From positions 224,001 through 288,000 of the forward strand of contig CAVZZA010000004.1 in assembly GCA_963779615.1 (NCBI GenBank): 64,000 nt of DNA, given 5' to 3'. How positions within the stretch are numbered: position 1 is the stretch's first letter; every line of letters begins with the position of its first letter. Positions 26,819-37,696 of this stretch are shown piece after piece. Origin of the DNA: an uncultured Nitrososphaeraceae archaeon (GTDB taxonomy: Archaea; Thermoproteota; Nitrososphaeria; Nitrososphaerales; Nitrososphaeraceae). Both the position numbers and the translations under genes were made by a program. Below the pieces are notes generated by a model, which was not told the DNA's origin, did not search any database, and saw only the letters and a program-made list of their open reading frames with translations.

Positions 26819-27389
26819 TTAATTTTTTTTTGATCTCCAGTGATATTTTTTTGATTTCATAAAGATTATAAAACAACAGGTCTTTTTCTTCTTTTGATAG
26901 CTGCTGTTGCTGTTGTTGTGACTTGAATAAAACGGAATTTGAATCATAAATTTTTTGGTAACTTTTAATCACGTCAATGCTGGAATTCAACAAGTTATTA
27001 TAATTGATTGAAAAGTCTGTTGATTGCAACATTGATGAAAACACATCTTCAAAGGTATTTATGATTATTTTTCTGATCTCATCGGGATTTTTTTCAGCTA
27101 TGGCAGATGATACCTTGTTTACGGCCAACAGGTAAGCATTTATCATACGTGAAAAGTATAAATTAAGAAATGACTGATATCTCAATAACAAATCACCGTG
27201 TTCTTTCAGTGTGTTTAAGTTAAGGTTTGGATCATTCATTAAAGAAGTAAATGGCCCCAACGCTGTAAGGCTATTTAATTCTGCTAACTGTTTTATAAAA
27301 TTTTCAAATATAGATTGAAATCCTATCCCTTCAGACAGAGTGCTTTTATTGTTTTTTTCCTCCCCACTATTGTTATTTTCTAATTGCAA
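26799..27389 (-). CDS. phaE: class III PHA synthase subunit PhaE
   Basis: Overlaps the phaC start, helical, with a C-terminal SKEEKDLLFYNLYEIKK PhaE-like motif. Confidence 0.75.
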   Translation of the reverse strand: MQLENNNSGEEKNNKSTLSEGIGFQSIFENFIKQLAELNSLTALGPFTSLMNDPNLNLNTLKEHGDLLLRYQSFLNLYFSRMINAYLLAVNKVSSAIAEKNPDEIRKIIINTFEDVFSSMLQSTDFSINYNNLLNSSIDVIKSYQKIYDSNSVLFKSQQQQQQLSKEEKDLLFYNLYEIKKISLEIKKKLNEKNNE

Positions 27390-27942
27390 ATAATTGATTC
27401 ACCTCGGATTCGAAACTCTTGTAATTGTAATAATTTTCATTCACAATATTACTCTTTACTTTTTGCTATTATTAACTTTTTTTAATGGTAATGGACTATT
27501 GAAATACATTGCCATTTAATAAACTTAAAAATCAATTATTTAGGGTAAATTTTTCTATCAAATGGCAATTTTTAATATTTTTAATGCAGCAGGACAATTC
27601 CCAAAACACTTGGTAAAAAGGTATGGAAACACCCATTGCCAGATACATAATTGAAATTGAATTATCAAACGCTTCTTTCCTCAATGTTTAAGGATCATTA
27701 GAAATATCCGCCCAACCAGAAAAGCCTAATCCTAACAACCACTCACTATATCAAAAGATAGCGCTGAAGAATGCTATAATGGGTAATGTACATTCTTTAT
27801 ACAGAACGGTTGTATATGGCCTAAAGCGCATTATATATCAATTCAGTTAATCCAACACCATCATAATAAGAGACAAAGGCTAAAAGAACTAATCCCGTTT
27901 TAACCCAACAATTTTATAAGGTAATTTTACCAAGAGGTCTGG

Positions 27943-28031
27943 GGGTCCGTAGCTCAGCATGGATAGAGCGCCTGCCTTCTATCTTTAAGGGAGACAGCCG
28001 GAAGTCGAGGGATCGAAGCCCTCCGGGCCCG
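27943..28031 (+). tRNA. tRNA-Arg(TCT) with 14-nt intron (27982-27995) at canonical position 37/38
   Basis: Acceptor GGGTCCG/CGGGCCC, anticodon TCT at 27978-27980, bulge-helix-bulge (CTTC/GGAG helix flanked by 3-nt bulges), T-stem GAGGG/CCCTC; TTTATAA box about 30 nt upstream. Confidence 0.92.
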
Positions 28032-28100
28032 TTAACCATATGGGTTCAAATAATTTTTCATTTCCAATAACCAGTGAAGGGAAAGGAAGGAGATCAAACA

Positions 28101-29409
28101 ATGCCTGCTAGGTTAACAACAACTATCACAAACATAGAGAAGAAGGTAAAGAATCAGGTCAACAGACAACTGATAGAGGAATTCTTTCAGTATCTGACCA
28201 CCACTATCGACACGTCAGAAAGCTACCAAAATGGGCTTCTCAAGGTTTTGATAAGGTATGCAGAACACCTCGGTCCAGAGGTCACCTTTTATCAGATTCA
28301 GGAAAAGCAGCCGGTGCTAGGGTTCCTGGACTCAAAAAGGAAGACAGAGAGGGAAGACCCAGACAGGAAATGGATTACAACATGGAATGACTACTTGTGG
28401 AGGATAAAGTACTTTTTCAGGTGGTTATACAATGCCAAGGAAAAGGGTCTCAATACAGAGTCGTACGACAGTTGGGTCACACCATCTTTTATAAATATAA
28501 AGATGAAGTTAACAAAGAGGCTAAGCCCATATCTTGAGACGGAGATCTGGGATAGGGGCGACCTCTTCACAATAATAAGGTATGAGCCACATAAAAGAAA
28601 CAAGGCTGTGCTAGCCCTGCTTTGGGACTTGGATGCAAGGCCTCATGAGGTGACTTTGCTTAAAATCAAACACATACAGCCTGAAGGAGAGGTATGGCGA
28701 AGGCGAGATACCCCATGAGGCAAAAACGGGAAGCGGGCCTTTGCTGCTCACTTTTTCGTTTCCCTATGTGAGGGATTGGCTTAATGAGCATCCCTTTAAA
28801 AACTCGCCTGATGCTGCCCTGATTTGCAGTCTTTTAACCGGAAGGCCGATTAGACCAGACCAAATCAACGAGATCATGAAACAGCTCAAAAATAGGATAA
28901 TCCGTTTGCTTGGAGCATCAGAGATAGCTGAACAAGACGAAATTGACAAACTACAATACTTGCTAAAGACAAAGAAATGGAACCCCTATTGCATAAGGCA
29001 TTCGGCAATAACAGCCGATTCAGATCATCTACCAGATTATGCCCTAAAGAAGAAGGCGAGGTGGTCCATGAACTCAAAACAAGGCGCCCGCTACATCAAG
29101 AAAAGGATGGGCAACGAGCTCAAGGCCAAGATTCTTGAGTACAACGGAATCTCCATCGAGCCATTAAAAAGGCAAAAGCCGAGTGTTCTGGATTGTCCCC
29201 GGTGTGCGCTCGTTAACGCGGTGGATAACAAGTATTGTTCCAAGTGCAGCTATCCATTGACGCCTGAAGCCTATGACCAAATAAAACAAGGCGAAGAAGA
29301 ACGGTTTAAAGATTTAGAAAAAAAGTTAGTAAAAGACATGGAGAACAAGTTCCAGCAAATTCTATTGAAGGTTAATGTGGAGAAGCTGAAGGAAAGGGGA
29401 GTAGATTGA
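28101..29409 (+). pseudogene. tyrosine integrase (family A) with C-terminal zinc ribbon, split by one frameshift near 28677
   Basis: DARPHE (catalytic R), KTGSG, NPYCIRHSAIT, ARY and CPRC/CSKC; the two ORFs join in frame if one base is removed, so the break may be a sequencing error. Confidence 0.85.
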
Positions 29410-29723
29410 TGATGTAGTCTTAGAAATAGCACCTGTAATCCGGTCCTATTAGATAACACAGGGCATTGGCTTCTTTGGTATCTATTACAATAGATTTATA
29501 TGACGGTGTATGTATCTTATATATAAACCTTTTTATTTACGTTAGTTGCAACTATAACATCAGATGAGTTTAAATTTAAACTGTATCAGCACTTTGGCAT
29601 GTTTTTATAAAAAGAAAAAAGGCATCCATCCACAGTAACTGGGCAATATTATATCGGGACCTGTTGGCAAAAGATTCGTACCCTCAAGCTAACAGATCAC
29701 CAAGTCCAAAGGTTCAGAAAACC

Positions 29724-29921
29724 ATGAACCCAAACTACATTACCACTAACCGCTATAAAACCTGTACTGGTTTGGACTGTAACAATGTTGCTCCACACTA
29801 CCTTAAGATAATTTATACAAACTGCTCAGGCTGGTTTTGTGACGCCTGCAAAAAGGACTTGGAAGAAAATGGTTTGGTGGAATCCGGCTCCGGTTCCCCA
29901 CAGAATGGATCTGACTTTTAG
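29724..29921 (+). CDS. small zinc-finger protein
   Basis: CTGLDC...GWFCDAC. Confidence 0.55.
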   Translation: MNPNYITTNRYKTCTGLDCNNVAPHYLKIIYTNCSGWFCDACKKDLEENGLVESGSGSPQNGSDF

Positions 29922-30057
29922 TGGCCATCTCTGTTGTTACCGCCTTTAACGGCACTATTGAATACACTGTCTTTATTTTTTACTACAAGAGATACAAGAC
30001 ACTGGTCTTCAACTATCATTTCAACCTAATCAAAACTTTGGCGATAGGGAAGGGGCT

Positions 30058-31138
30058 TTGAATTCTAATAATTCTTCTGACGCTGATGCATATAAAACAA
30101 AAAAGAATGTACCTTTACCCCTTTTAAAAAGTGCACCAAATGGTGAATTGGTCCATAGTAACAAGCATAGGAGGTATGTAAAAAGATATCAGGTCAAAGA
30201 ATTAGCTGAAAAGAATTATGTAGAAAATGGCATGGGCATAACTTTCAAGGACATGATGACCAAATTTGGGGTCAGCAAATCAAAGGCCCAAAGGAAACTA
30301 AAGCATTTTTTGGGTGAAGGGCTTCTTTTTACGGCTGACAAACTCACAAAAGGAAGGGATTCATCTCAAAGGCATCAAACGTGAAAAATCCACAAAGATA
30401 TTACCTAACTGAGCTGAAAGACAAAGATAATTGAAAGCAGAAAAAACAATGTCCAAAAAGACACCACGGTGGATATGGTCTCAGAAATAGGCATTCAAAA
30501 GGCACACAACTTCCGCGAGTTGCTAACGCAACTCGCTCTCTATCTGCTATATATCCACAAACTGCAGCTTATGGACTTCCATACCCAGGGAAAACTATGA
30601 ACTCATAGGCTGGGCGTTATAAGGGAACCGCCAAGGCCATCACAGAGAGGATAGGCATTCATACTGTGGAGTTTCACATTCACCCTAACGGCAGTGTGAT
30701 GGTTTACGTTAGCTGCAGCAACAGGCCTTTTAGGCTCCATGATGAGCAGGATGTTTTGGATATCCTTTTCTTTCTCGGTAGGGTGGAAGATAGACTTAGG
30801 ATTACTGTTGTCGGATGTAAGGGACAATGTTATTCCGCCTGTAAGAAGGTGGATTCTAAAGGCTTGTGACGTCAGCAAGGATGTTGAGATATGACAGCGT
30901 TGCACAAATAACATTGCCGGACATACAAATTCCGTTGTTTGAAAAGGCCCTAAGGGGCTATGTAAAACCCATAGGGGACAAAGTCTTTTACCGAGTTGAG
31001 TATGCCCTTACACCCAATAAGCCAGTAGAAGAGGCTTTAAAGAAACTAAGAAAAGATGTTATAGATAGACAAAGACTCCTTATCGTTGTAGCCCTAGTTC
31101 CTAATCCTTTGTTTTTCCTTGAATACGGTGTATGGTGA
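30058..31138 (+). pseudogene. element backbone protein with N-terminal HTH (possible replication/regulatory protein), fragmented by several frameshifts
   Basis: Collinear ORFs 30058-30384, 30666-30869 and 30866-31138; ITFKDMMTKFGVSKSKAQRKLK is HTH-like. Confidence 0.5.
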
Positions 31139-31402
31139 TGGATGTTGTGGCCGCCATTACCTCCTGTACAATGGGCCGCCACCTGCAGACATCAATAAAA
31201 TGGTTCTTGGTATTAGAAACAATGCCATTGGAGTAATCCTACTGTAGCAAATCTAAAAGTCCACTTTTTAAGTCGTTGTTTGCGGACATACCTCTGTTAT
31301 GCAGTATAGTGTAGTCTTCTCTTCCGCCTTCGTCGATCTCCTTTCCCAGTGTTACAAAACCCTCTGTTCCAGTGCCCTCATGTTGCTCAGTCTTGTCTAT
31401 TC

Positions 31403-32866
31403 TTAAGTTTGACCAGATACAACGTCATCTCGTTTCTGTTCAGAGCCAAATTTGTGGAAATCGCCAGCAGCGGCTAGACGTTTAAAGCCATCAAATGCCG
31501 CATACTTGTAGGCCATTGTGTATGTCGGAGTTGCAAACGTCAGGTTGTTAAACATGTCGATTGTCCCTGAATTGTGAATCGTGGCCTGCCCGAGGGCGAT
31601 GATCTCTGACGCGATGTCGCCGAGGATATGAACTCCGAGCAAGCACCGGTTGTGACGATGAAACACCAGTTTCAGAATGCCGTCGGTGTCTCCCGAGATG
31701 GCGCCGCGGGGGATTGCTCCAAAACTGCAACGCCCGACTTCGTAATCGATCCCTTGCTCCTTCGCATCATCTTCAGTCAATCCGACTCCAGCCACCTCCG
31801 GCACTGAATAAACTGCCGACACGGGTAACGGGTCTAACTTCTCCTTGAAGCCTAGGCCCAATGCATGACATGCAGCTACCCGACCTTGCTCCGTCGAGAC
31901 CGATGCTAGCGAAGGACCTATTACATCGCCAGCAGCGTAGACTCCACCGACACTAGTCTGGAAATGATTGGATACTTCAACTACTCCTCGATCTTTCAGT
32001 TTTACTCCGGCCGCCTCAAGACCGAGGCCTTCCGTGTTAACCGTTCGACCAGTCGCAAACAGCACGATATCCGGACTCAACACCTCGCCAGTTTCCAAAG
32101 TGACTTGTAGTTCGCCATCAACCCGGCCGGCGGTGCGCACTCCTGTGCCGAGCACTACCCTCATCCGCTGTTTTTCGAATACCCCGCACAACAAACGCGA
32201 CATCTCGCTATCCATTGTGCTCAGCAGACGGTATCCAGACTGAACCACGGTCACTGGGATCCCAAAGGCAGTAAAAATTGAAGCAAACTCACAACCGATC
32301 GAGCCGCCTCCAACGACCAAGACGCTCTTGGGAATGCGTTTAAGATTTGGCAGCTCTTCCGAGTCAAAAATGTCAGGATCGTCAAACTGGATGTTCGCTG
32401 GATGAAATGGGCGCGACCCCGTTGCTATCAGAACACTCTCTGCTGTGAAAACGCTTTCGGTTTCTGAGCCTTCATTGGGGGTGACCATTACCTTACGGTT
32501 TGGTCCCAAACGCGCCGAGCCAAAGATAACATCTACCCCTAACCTGTCCACAAAGACAGAGCGGGTAAAGGTCTGCAATGCAGAGCAAACCTCCCTTGTC
32601 CGTGCACGCATGAGATCCACTGCCATGCCTATGTCTGGTTGCGCAGTCAGTCCATAAAGGGCCCGGTGGCGAAAACCCGTAAGATGCAGGGCCGCCTCGC
32701 GGAGGGTCTTGGTTGGCCCACCGCCAGTCGTGACAACAAGGCCACCTAAGACTTTGCGCTCTATGACTAATGTTCGTTTTCCGGCGAATGCGGCAAACTC
32801 CGCCGCGCCCTGCCCCGCCGGGCCGCCGCCAATCACAATGAGGTCATAGTGACGGGTGTCCCTCAC
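31403..32866 (-). CDS. sthA: soluble pyridine nucleotide transhydrogenase-like flavoprotein (SthA/dihydrolipoamide dehydrogenase family)
   Basis: YDLIVIGGGPAGQGAA, GGPTKTLREAA (no redox-active CxxxxC), GGGSIGCEFASIF, YAAGDVIG and YKYAAFDG; GTG start at 32866 overlaps the upstream TGA. Confidence 0.8.
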   Translation of the reverse strand: MRDTRHYDLIVIGGGPAGQGAAEFAAFAGKRTLVIERKVLGGLVVTTGGGPTKTLREAALHLTGFRHRALYGLTAQPDIGMAVDLMRARTREVCSALQTFTRSVFVDRLGVDVIFGSARLGPNRKVMVTPNEGSETESVFTAESVLIATGSRPFHPANIQFDDPDIFDSEELPNLKRIPKSVLVVGGGSIGCEFASIFTAFGIPVTVVQSGYRLLSTMDSEMSRLLCGVFEKQRMRVVLGTGVRTAGRVDGELQVTLETGEVLSPDIVLFATGRTVNTEGLGLEAAGVKLKDRGVVEVSNHFQTSVGGVYAAGDVIGPSLASVSTEQGRVAACHALGLGFKEKLDPLPVSAVYSVPEVAGVGLTEDDAKEQGIDYEVGRCSFGAIPRGAISGDTDGILKLVFHRHNRCLLGVHILGDIASEIIALGQATIHNSGTIDMFNNLTFATPTYTMAYKYAAFDGFKRLAAAGDFHKFGSEQKRDDVVSGQT

Positions 32867-33049
32867 GGCTTGGGTTGTTCCGCCAACTGCTTCTTGCACC
32901 ATTTCGCATAGGCGATGATGGCTAATATGCATTTCATGGCGAATGCGGCAAACTCATCCGGGCCGCCGCCGCCAATCACAATGAGGTCATAGTGACGGGT
33001 GTCCCTCACGGCTTGGGTTGTTCCGCCAACTGCTTCTTGCACCATTTCG
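32820..33049. repeat. tandem duplication (about 90 bp) of the transporter-stop/sthA-start junction
   Basis: GCCGCCGCCAATCACAATGAGG...CTTCTTGCACCATTTCG occurs at about 32822-32907 and about 32964-33049. Confidence 0.85.
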
Positions 33050-33866
33050 AATAGAGAATGGTCGCGACAATAGATACAATTAGGTAAATCACAATCACAT
33101 CAATGGTTACTGCAGCTGGGAAATTTATTGCCGCTATGAGCGTAGCTATCCCCATTTGACGTTGGGAAGAGGCCATTGCCAGAACTGCACGATCCCCAAA
33201 TGCCGGCCCGCCCAATAAATGTCCAGCTGCCAATGACACCGCAGCCAACACAAAGATCACTATGTAGGACAATACACCGGCTTCCATAATACCATTCAAA
33301 TTCAGCACCAGCAAAGCGAGCAAGGCTGCCATGGTCACCTTACCTACAACGGCGTTTATCGATTTACTAAAACGTTCGGCCCATCGCGGTGCAAAGCGCC
33401 GAATAATTGCACCTAGTATCAACGGGATGAGAATGGTCTTTGCAATGATCTTAACTACTTCAATTGGTGGGACGCTAGCATCATGAGCCAGAGGAAGAGC
33501 CGTCAGAATGGTCAAGGAAACAGGAACGGTAACCACGCTTATCAGCGACATGCCAATTAACAGGGAATACGCATATGCTGGGTTTGCCCCCCTAGCCTCC
33601 ATTTTGAAGGGCAAAGTTATCGCAATGGGCGAGATCGACAAGAGTATCACCGCAGTTTTCACGCCAACAGGTAGCGGCACTAAAATTAGTATCACTGCAG
33701 TCACTACTGGGACCACAACGTACATAGCAAGAAACGTACGAGCGAACAGGCCAGGACGACGAAAAAGGAAAGACAGCTCAAACCGTGTAGCTCCAAAACC
33801 CAGGTTTAGAGCAGATGTGAATAATGTTGCCTGCAGCAAGATGAGAATTAATTGCTCTACGGTCAT
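33006..33866 (-). CDS. bile acid:sodium symporter (BASS/SBF) family transporter
   Basis: About 9 TM helices; RRPGLFARTFLAMYVVVP and GHLLGGP..DRAVLAMASSQR. Confidence 0.8.
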   Translation of the reverse strand: MTVEQLILILLQATLFTSALNLGFGATRFELSFLFRRPGLFARTFLAMYVVVPVVTAVILILVPLPVGVKTAVILLSISPIAITLPFKMEARGANPAYAYSLLIGMSLISVVTVPVSLTILTALPLAHDASVPPIEVVKIIAKTILIPLILGAIIRRFAPRWAERFSKSINAVVGKVTMAALLALLVLNLNGIMEAGVLSYIVIFVLAAVSLAAGHLLGGPAFGDRAVLAMASSQRQMGIATLIAAINFPAAVTIDVIVIYLIVSIVATILYSKWCKKQLAEQPKP

Positions 33867-33912
33867 CTACTTCACTACATATTGGCCAAGTTGAGCCAGA
33901 GCTGCTCTTCAG

Positions 33913-35247
33913 TTAGGTGTCTAAATCTGCCAGCCAACGTAAGGCACGTATGCCTGGCATGAAACAATATTCACCGCCGCGTGTGACGACGAACCGAGGC
34001 AGACTCTGGAAGCTCTTTCGGACTGGCTTGCTTGGGACGATGAACTTGCCCGAGCCATCGTTGGCTCCTGAAATGGGGTCTTTGTCGTTGCCTGACCCAA
34101 TAAACACGCCGTTGTTCACCCACTCTGCCTGGACAAACTCGAACTGCCGGCGAAGGTGCGCGCCTATGAAGACGAAAATTAATCCCCGATCTGCCCCATC
34201 ATCCTCCAACACCCCCTCCGGCAGAGGGGGGCCGTAACGGGTGCCGCGCCGAATCATCCTGTGGAGACTAACTTTGGTGGTGTCTCCGAGCGTGTCTCGT
34301 GGATTCATCCGCCGAATGTGTGATCCGGATGGTGTGCTGAATCCTCTCGGATCCTTGTCTTGAAAAAGAAAATTGTTGTTGCGTTTAGGGTCGGCTCCAA
34401 GTTCGGGGTCATCACGTTCTGGGCAGAGGGCTAAGGGGGCTCCACTTCTCCAGCGTCCCATCATCTTGGCGGCCTTCAGTTCCTCTTCCTCAGGGTTTGA
34501 GGAAATTGTCTTCAGGTATTTCCTGAAATCGGCCACGCGCTGGTGGAGTTTTCGGAACACAACGTAGGTTCCGTTTCGGCCGAGTGCGTCTGGTTTCGGC
34601 ATATCAGGAAATCCTGCCAGTCTCATCGGGGTAGCCTAATACGAATTCTCCAGCCTTGAGAGGGGGGTCCCTGGGGTTGGTGCCTGGAATTCCACTCCCC
34701 TCTATTGCAGGATGACTGATGCCGTCTCTAAAGCCAAAGGGCTCCTTTTCGGTTGGCAGCGCGTAGCAATCCTGACGCCAGATGGGTTTGATACCCTGCA
34801 ATCCATGGTATGCTTTCCTGGCACGCTCCATTACTGACTCAAGTTTCTGCTCGTTTGGAGATAGGGCAGTCAGGACAACATGAACGTCTTTTGTCCCGAG
34901 TGGTTTCTCCCAATTCTCCGGAGAGCTTTCTCCAGTGTCCCCTAGTTCATTTGCCCGTGAAGCCATCCCCTGACTGAAATTCAGGTGGGAAACTGTCCAG
35001 TGATTCTGGAGGAACACCCAGGGCCTTAAGGCCTTGGAATCTCAAGGAAACGCTTACCCAAGCATCGCCTGCTGGGCTTGTCTGATGCCCGACGGACGCC
35101 ACAACCCTACTCAGCCTCTCCATCAGATCTCGTCCCGCCTTACGGTCATCTATGCGTAATAGGATGTATGTTGCCACATAAGGTGTTGGGTCGGGGAGAA
35201 AGAACCCCGCTCTGTATGTCGTCCAATTCGAGCGTGGCCTTTGACAT
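33913..35247 (-). pseudogene. DyP-type (dye-decolorizing) peroxidase, split by several frameshifts
   Basis: LELDDIQSGVL start, EPFGFRDGISHP (GxxDG), NGTYVVFRKLHQ, GSHIRRMNPRD, IRRG and FEFVQAEW. Confidence 0.88.
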
Positions 35248-35505
35248 CTCAGTCAACTCTTCCCACTAGTCCCTGACTTTTTAGAGATATTGGCTAAGAC
35301 TTAGCTGAATAGATTCTTCCATAATCGTCGTAGTCTTGAGTCACCGCCAAACGTGTAGGCCCAAATGGTGGCGTCTGCTATCAAAATGTCCGGCTTCATC
35401 CGAGTAACTCCAATAAACATACATGCTGATGCGGCGATGATCGCAATCTCGTTTGCGTGGTGCTGTAGTCATCTCAGTCATGGTCTTGCACTCCTTTGAC
35501 CTGTT

Positions 35506-36002
35506 TTATTGCATTTGATCCAGCATGTTGCTGAATGCATTGCGAACTTTCAATGCCTTTTTGATCTCCTCGACCGTAACACCAGGATAACCCTCGAATT
35601 GGATAGAAGCTCTCTACACCGCGTTGTCCGCCAGAAACTTCCTGTATGCCTCCGGGTCGGCTGCACTGGCAGCGTGGTCGTCAGGAAATCCCTCTAGATC
35701 CGGGAAGAACCCTGCAACCCCGGATTCAGCAAAGATCCTGGCAGCGTCATCAATGTACCTGTCCATGATCCGTGTCGAACGAAGCGTAGTAGATAAATCG
35801 TGTGTCATTGTCGAAGAGAATCCACCGTGCGTAGTGTAGCGTAAGCGGCCTTAACAGTCTTGTCTGTACCTCTTCCCACGGCAAATTCAGCTCGCTTAGA
35901 GGCGTTATCGCGAATTTTCTGACCTCTGCCAGGCTTTACCTTTGCAACAAAGGTGAAGTGTTGATTGTAGATAAGGTAATTGTTTCTTGCATATTGTAAC
36001 AT
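35506..36002 (-). pseudogene. conserved hypothetical DyP-partner protein, frameshifted
   Basis: Joined frames read TLHYARWILFDNDTRF...FDTDMDRYIDDA...LEGFP...YPGVTVEEIKKALKVRNAFSNMLDQMQ; lies upstream of and co-oriented with dyp. Confidence 0.6.
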
Positions 36003-36526
36003 AATGAAAGTATATATTATTAAACTTTTAAGATAATGCAAAAAACCATCAATTAGTTAAATAAGTTAACTTGCTCCAGAAAGAACCATTTTCAACAGAG
36101 AATACTGTTTTAGATATCATCATAGATACTTGCAGTTTAGTAACAATAAGGAGGTTGAGATTTGATTTTAGGCATAGATGGACCTTGCGATCTTTGCCTA
36201 ATCCAAATCTTTGTGGACGTCAGGTTCTGAAATGTTACTCCACAAAAAGAGTTACACTGTATGAGTGTATCGTTTATACTTGAGCCTGTACGTGTCACTT
36301 CTAAGAGTGAGAAAGCCCTTGAGTAAGAGCGGAATTATTAGCTTTGTCCAGGGATTAACTAAACTGATGTATGTATTTTCTGCAAAATGAGAAACAATCA
36401 GCAATAATAAATAATAGATCTGTCTGTATTGACAAATGAATAAACATGATCATGAACAAGCAGTGAGAGGAATATCTGGAGTATTATGCCTTCGAGCAGT
36501 TACTCGGCGATAGTAGGAGTAGGCCC

Positions 36527-37685
36527 ATGTCAGACCATTTCTCCGGACCCCGAGCGATCGCAGGTCCGGCCGGCGATATCACTGATCTTTATGCATTCCC
36601 CAGCCCAGAGCGTCCGGGTCACCTCGTGCTCGTGCTAGACGTGATGCCAGACGCCCGCCTAGACTCGCACTTCTCAGAAGCGATTGTCTATCGTTTGCGG
36701 CTTCGGCGAGTCACCATCGGGGGAACCGGGGCAGCCACAGCCTTCCCCTTCGCTGGCGAGGACCAAGAGGTGGTCTTCAGCTGCCACTTTGAGCCTCCGC
36801 GGCAAGGCGAAGTAGGGATGGCCCAGACGCAGGAAGGCTGGTGCGTGGCGCCGTCCGGCGAGACGATACGCTTCCGCGTTCACGACGAGAAAGGTGCAAG
36901 TAGCGATGGCCTGCGCATCTATGCCGGCCTCAGAGCTGACCCATTCTTTATGGACCCGCAGGCGATCTTAGAGTCGCAAAAGACTGGGCGGCTTGCCCTT
37001 AAGAAGGTCGGAAACAATGCCTTGATCGGGCTCAACGTTCTGAGCATCGTCATAGAGGCTGACTGCCAACCGTGGCTGCGCGACGGTCGTGGGCCACTGT
37101 TAGCGGTGGTCAGCGAGACTGTAGTCGCCGGCAAGCTCCCTGTCCGCATCGATCGGGTCGGCCGCCCAGAGATCAAGAACATGATCTTGGGGTTGAAGGA
37201 GTTTGACCAAGTCAACCGCGACTTGGAGGTGCGCGACCTCTACAATCTCGAAGACGCCTTCCACATGAGCAAGGTCTACGGTGGCGTTTATCGCGCTCGG
37301 ATGCATGCCAACCTGGCCAGTTACGATCGCTGGGATGGTAAGACCGACTGGCCTCTTGACCCTGATGGCGCCCACCCCCTGACTGAGTCTGCTTCTCTCC
37401 GACTACCTGGTCGTCGACGTCACAAAGCCGTATGCCGACGATAGCTTCTTCGAAATCGAGCAGGCTACCCTCAATAGGCGGACCCACCAAACGTGTGGTG
37501 GACGCTCACTCAACGACGACTTTGTAGACAAACTGCTCACGCTGCTTGTTAACGCCGGCAAAGGGGCACCTGTGAGTGACGGCGTGGACCGGCCGGCGAC
37601 GCCAGTCTCCAATGTCTTCCCGTACCAGGCGCCGCCAAATTCTATACCGCCGGCTAACCCCGCGCGGCCGGTCATTGAGACGTAG
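36527..37685 (+). pseudogene. DUF4331-like protein, one frameshift near 37388
   Basis: MSDHFSGP...DITDLYAF, YAGLRADPFF and DRVGRPEI; in the shifted frame GGRSLNDDFVD...FPY. Confidence 0.75.
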
Positions 37686-37696
37686 GGGGAGAGTGC

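Noticed and set aside
32867-32932. N-terminal extension of the SthA-like ORF (MHISHHRLC...)
   Set aside because: Derives from the duplicated junction; homology begins at GTG 32866.
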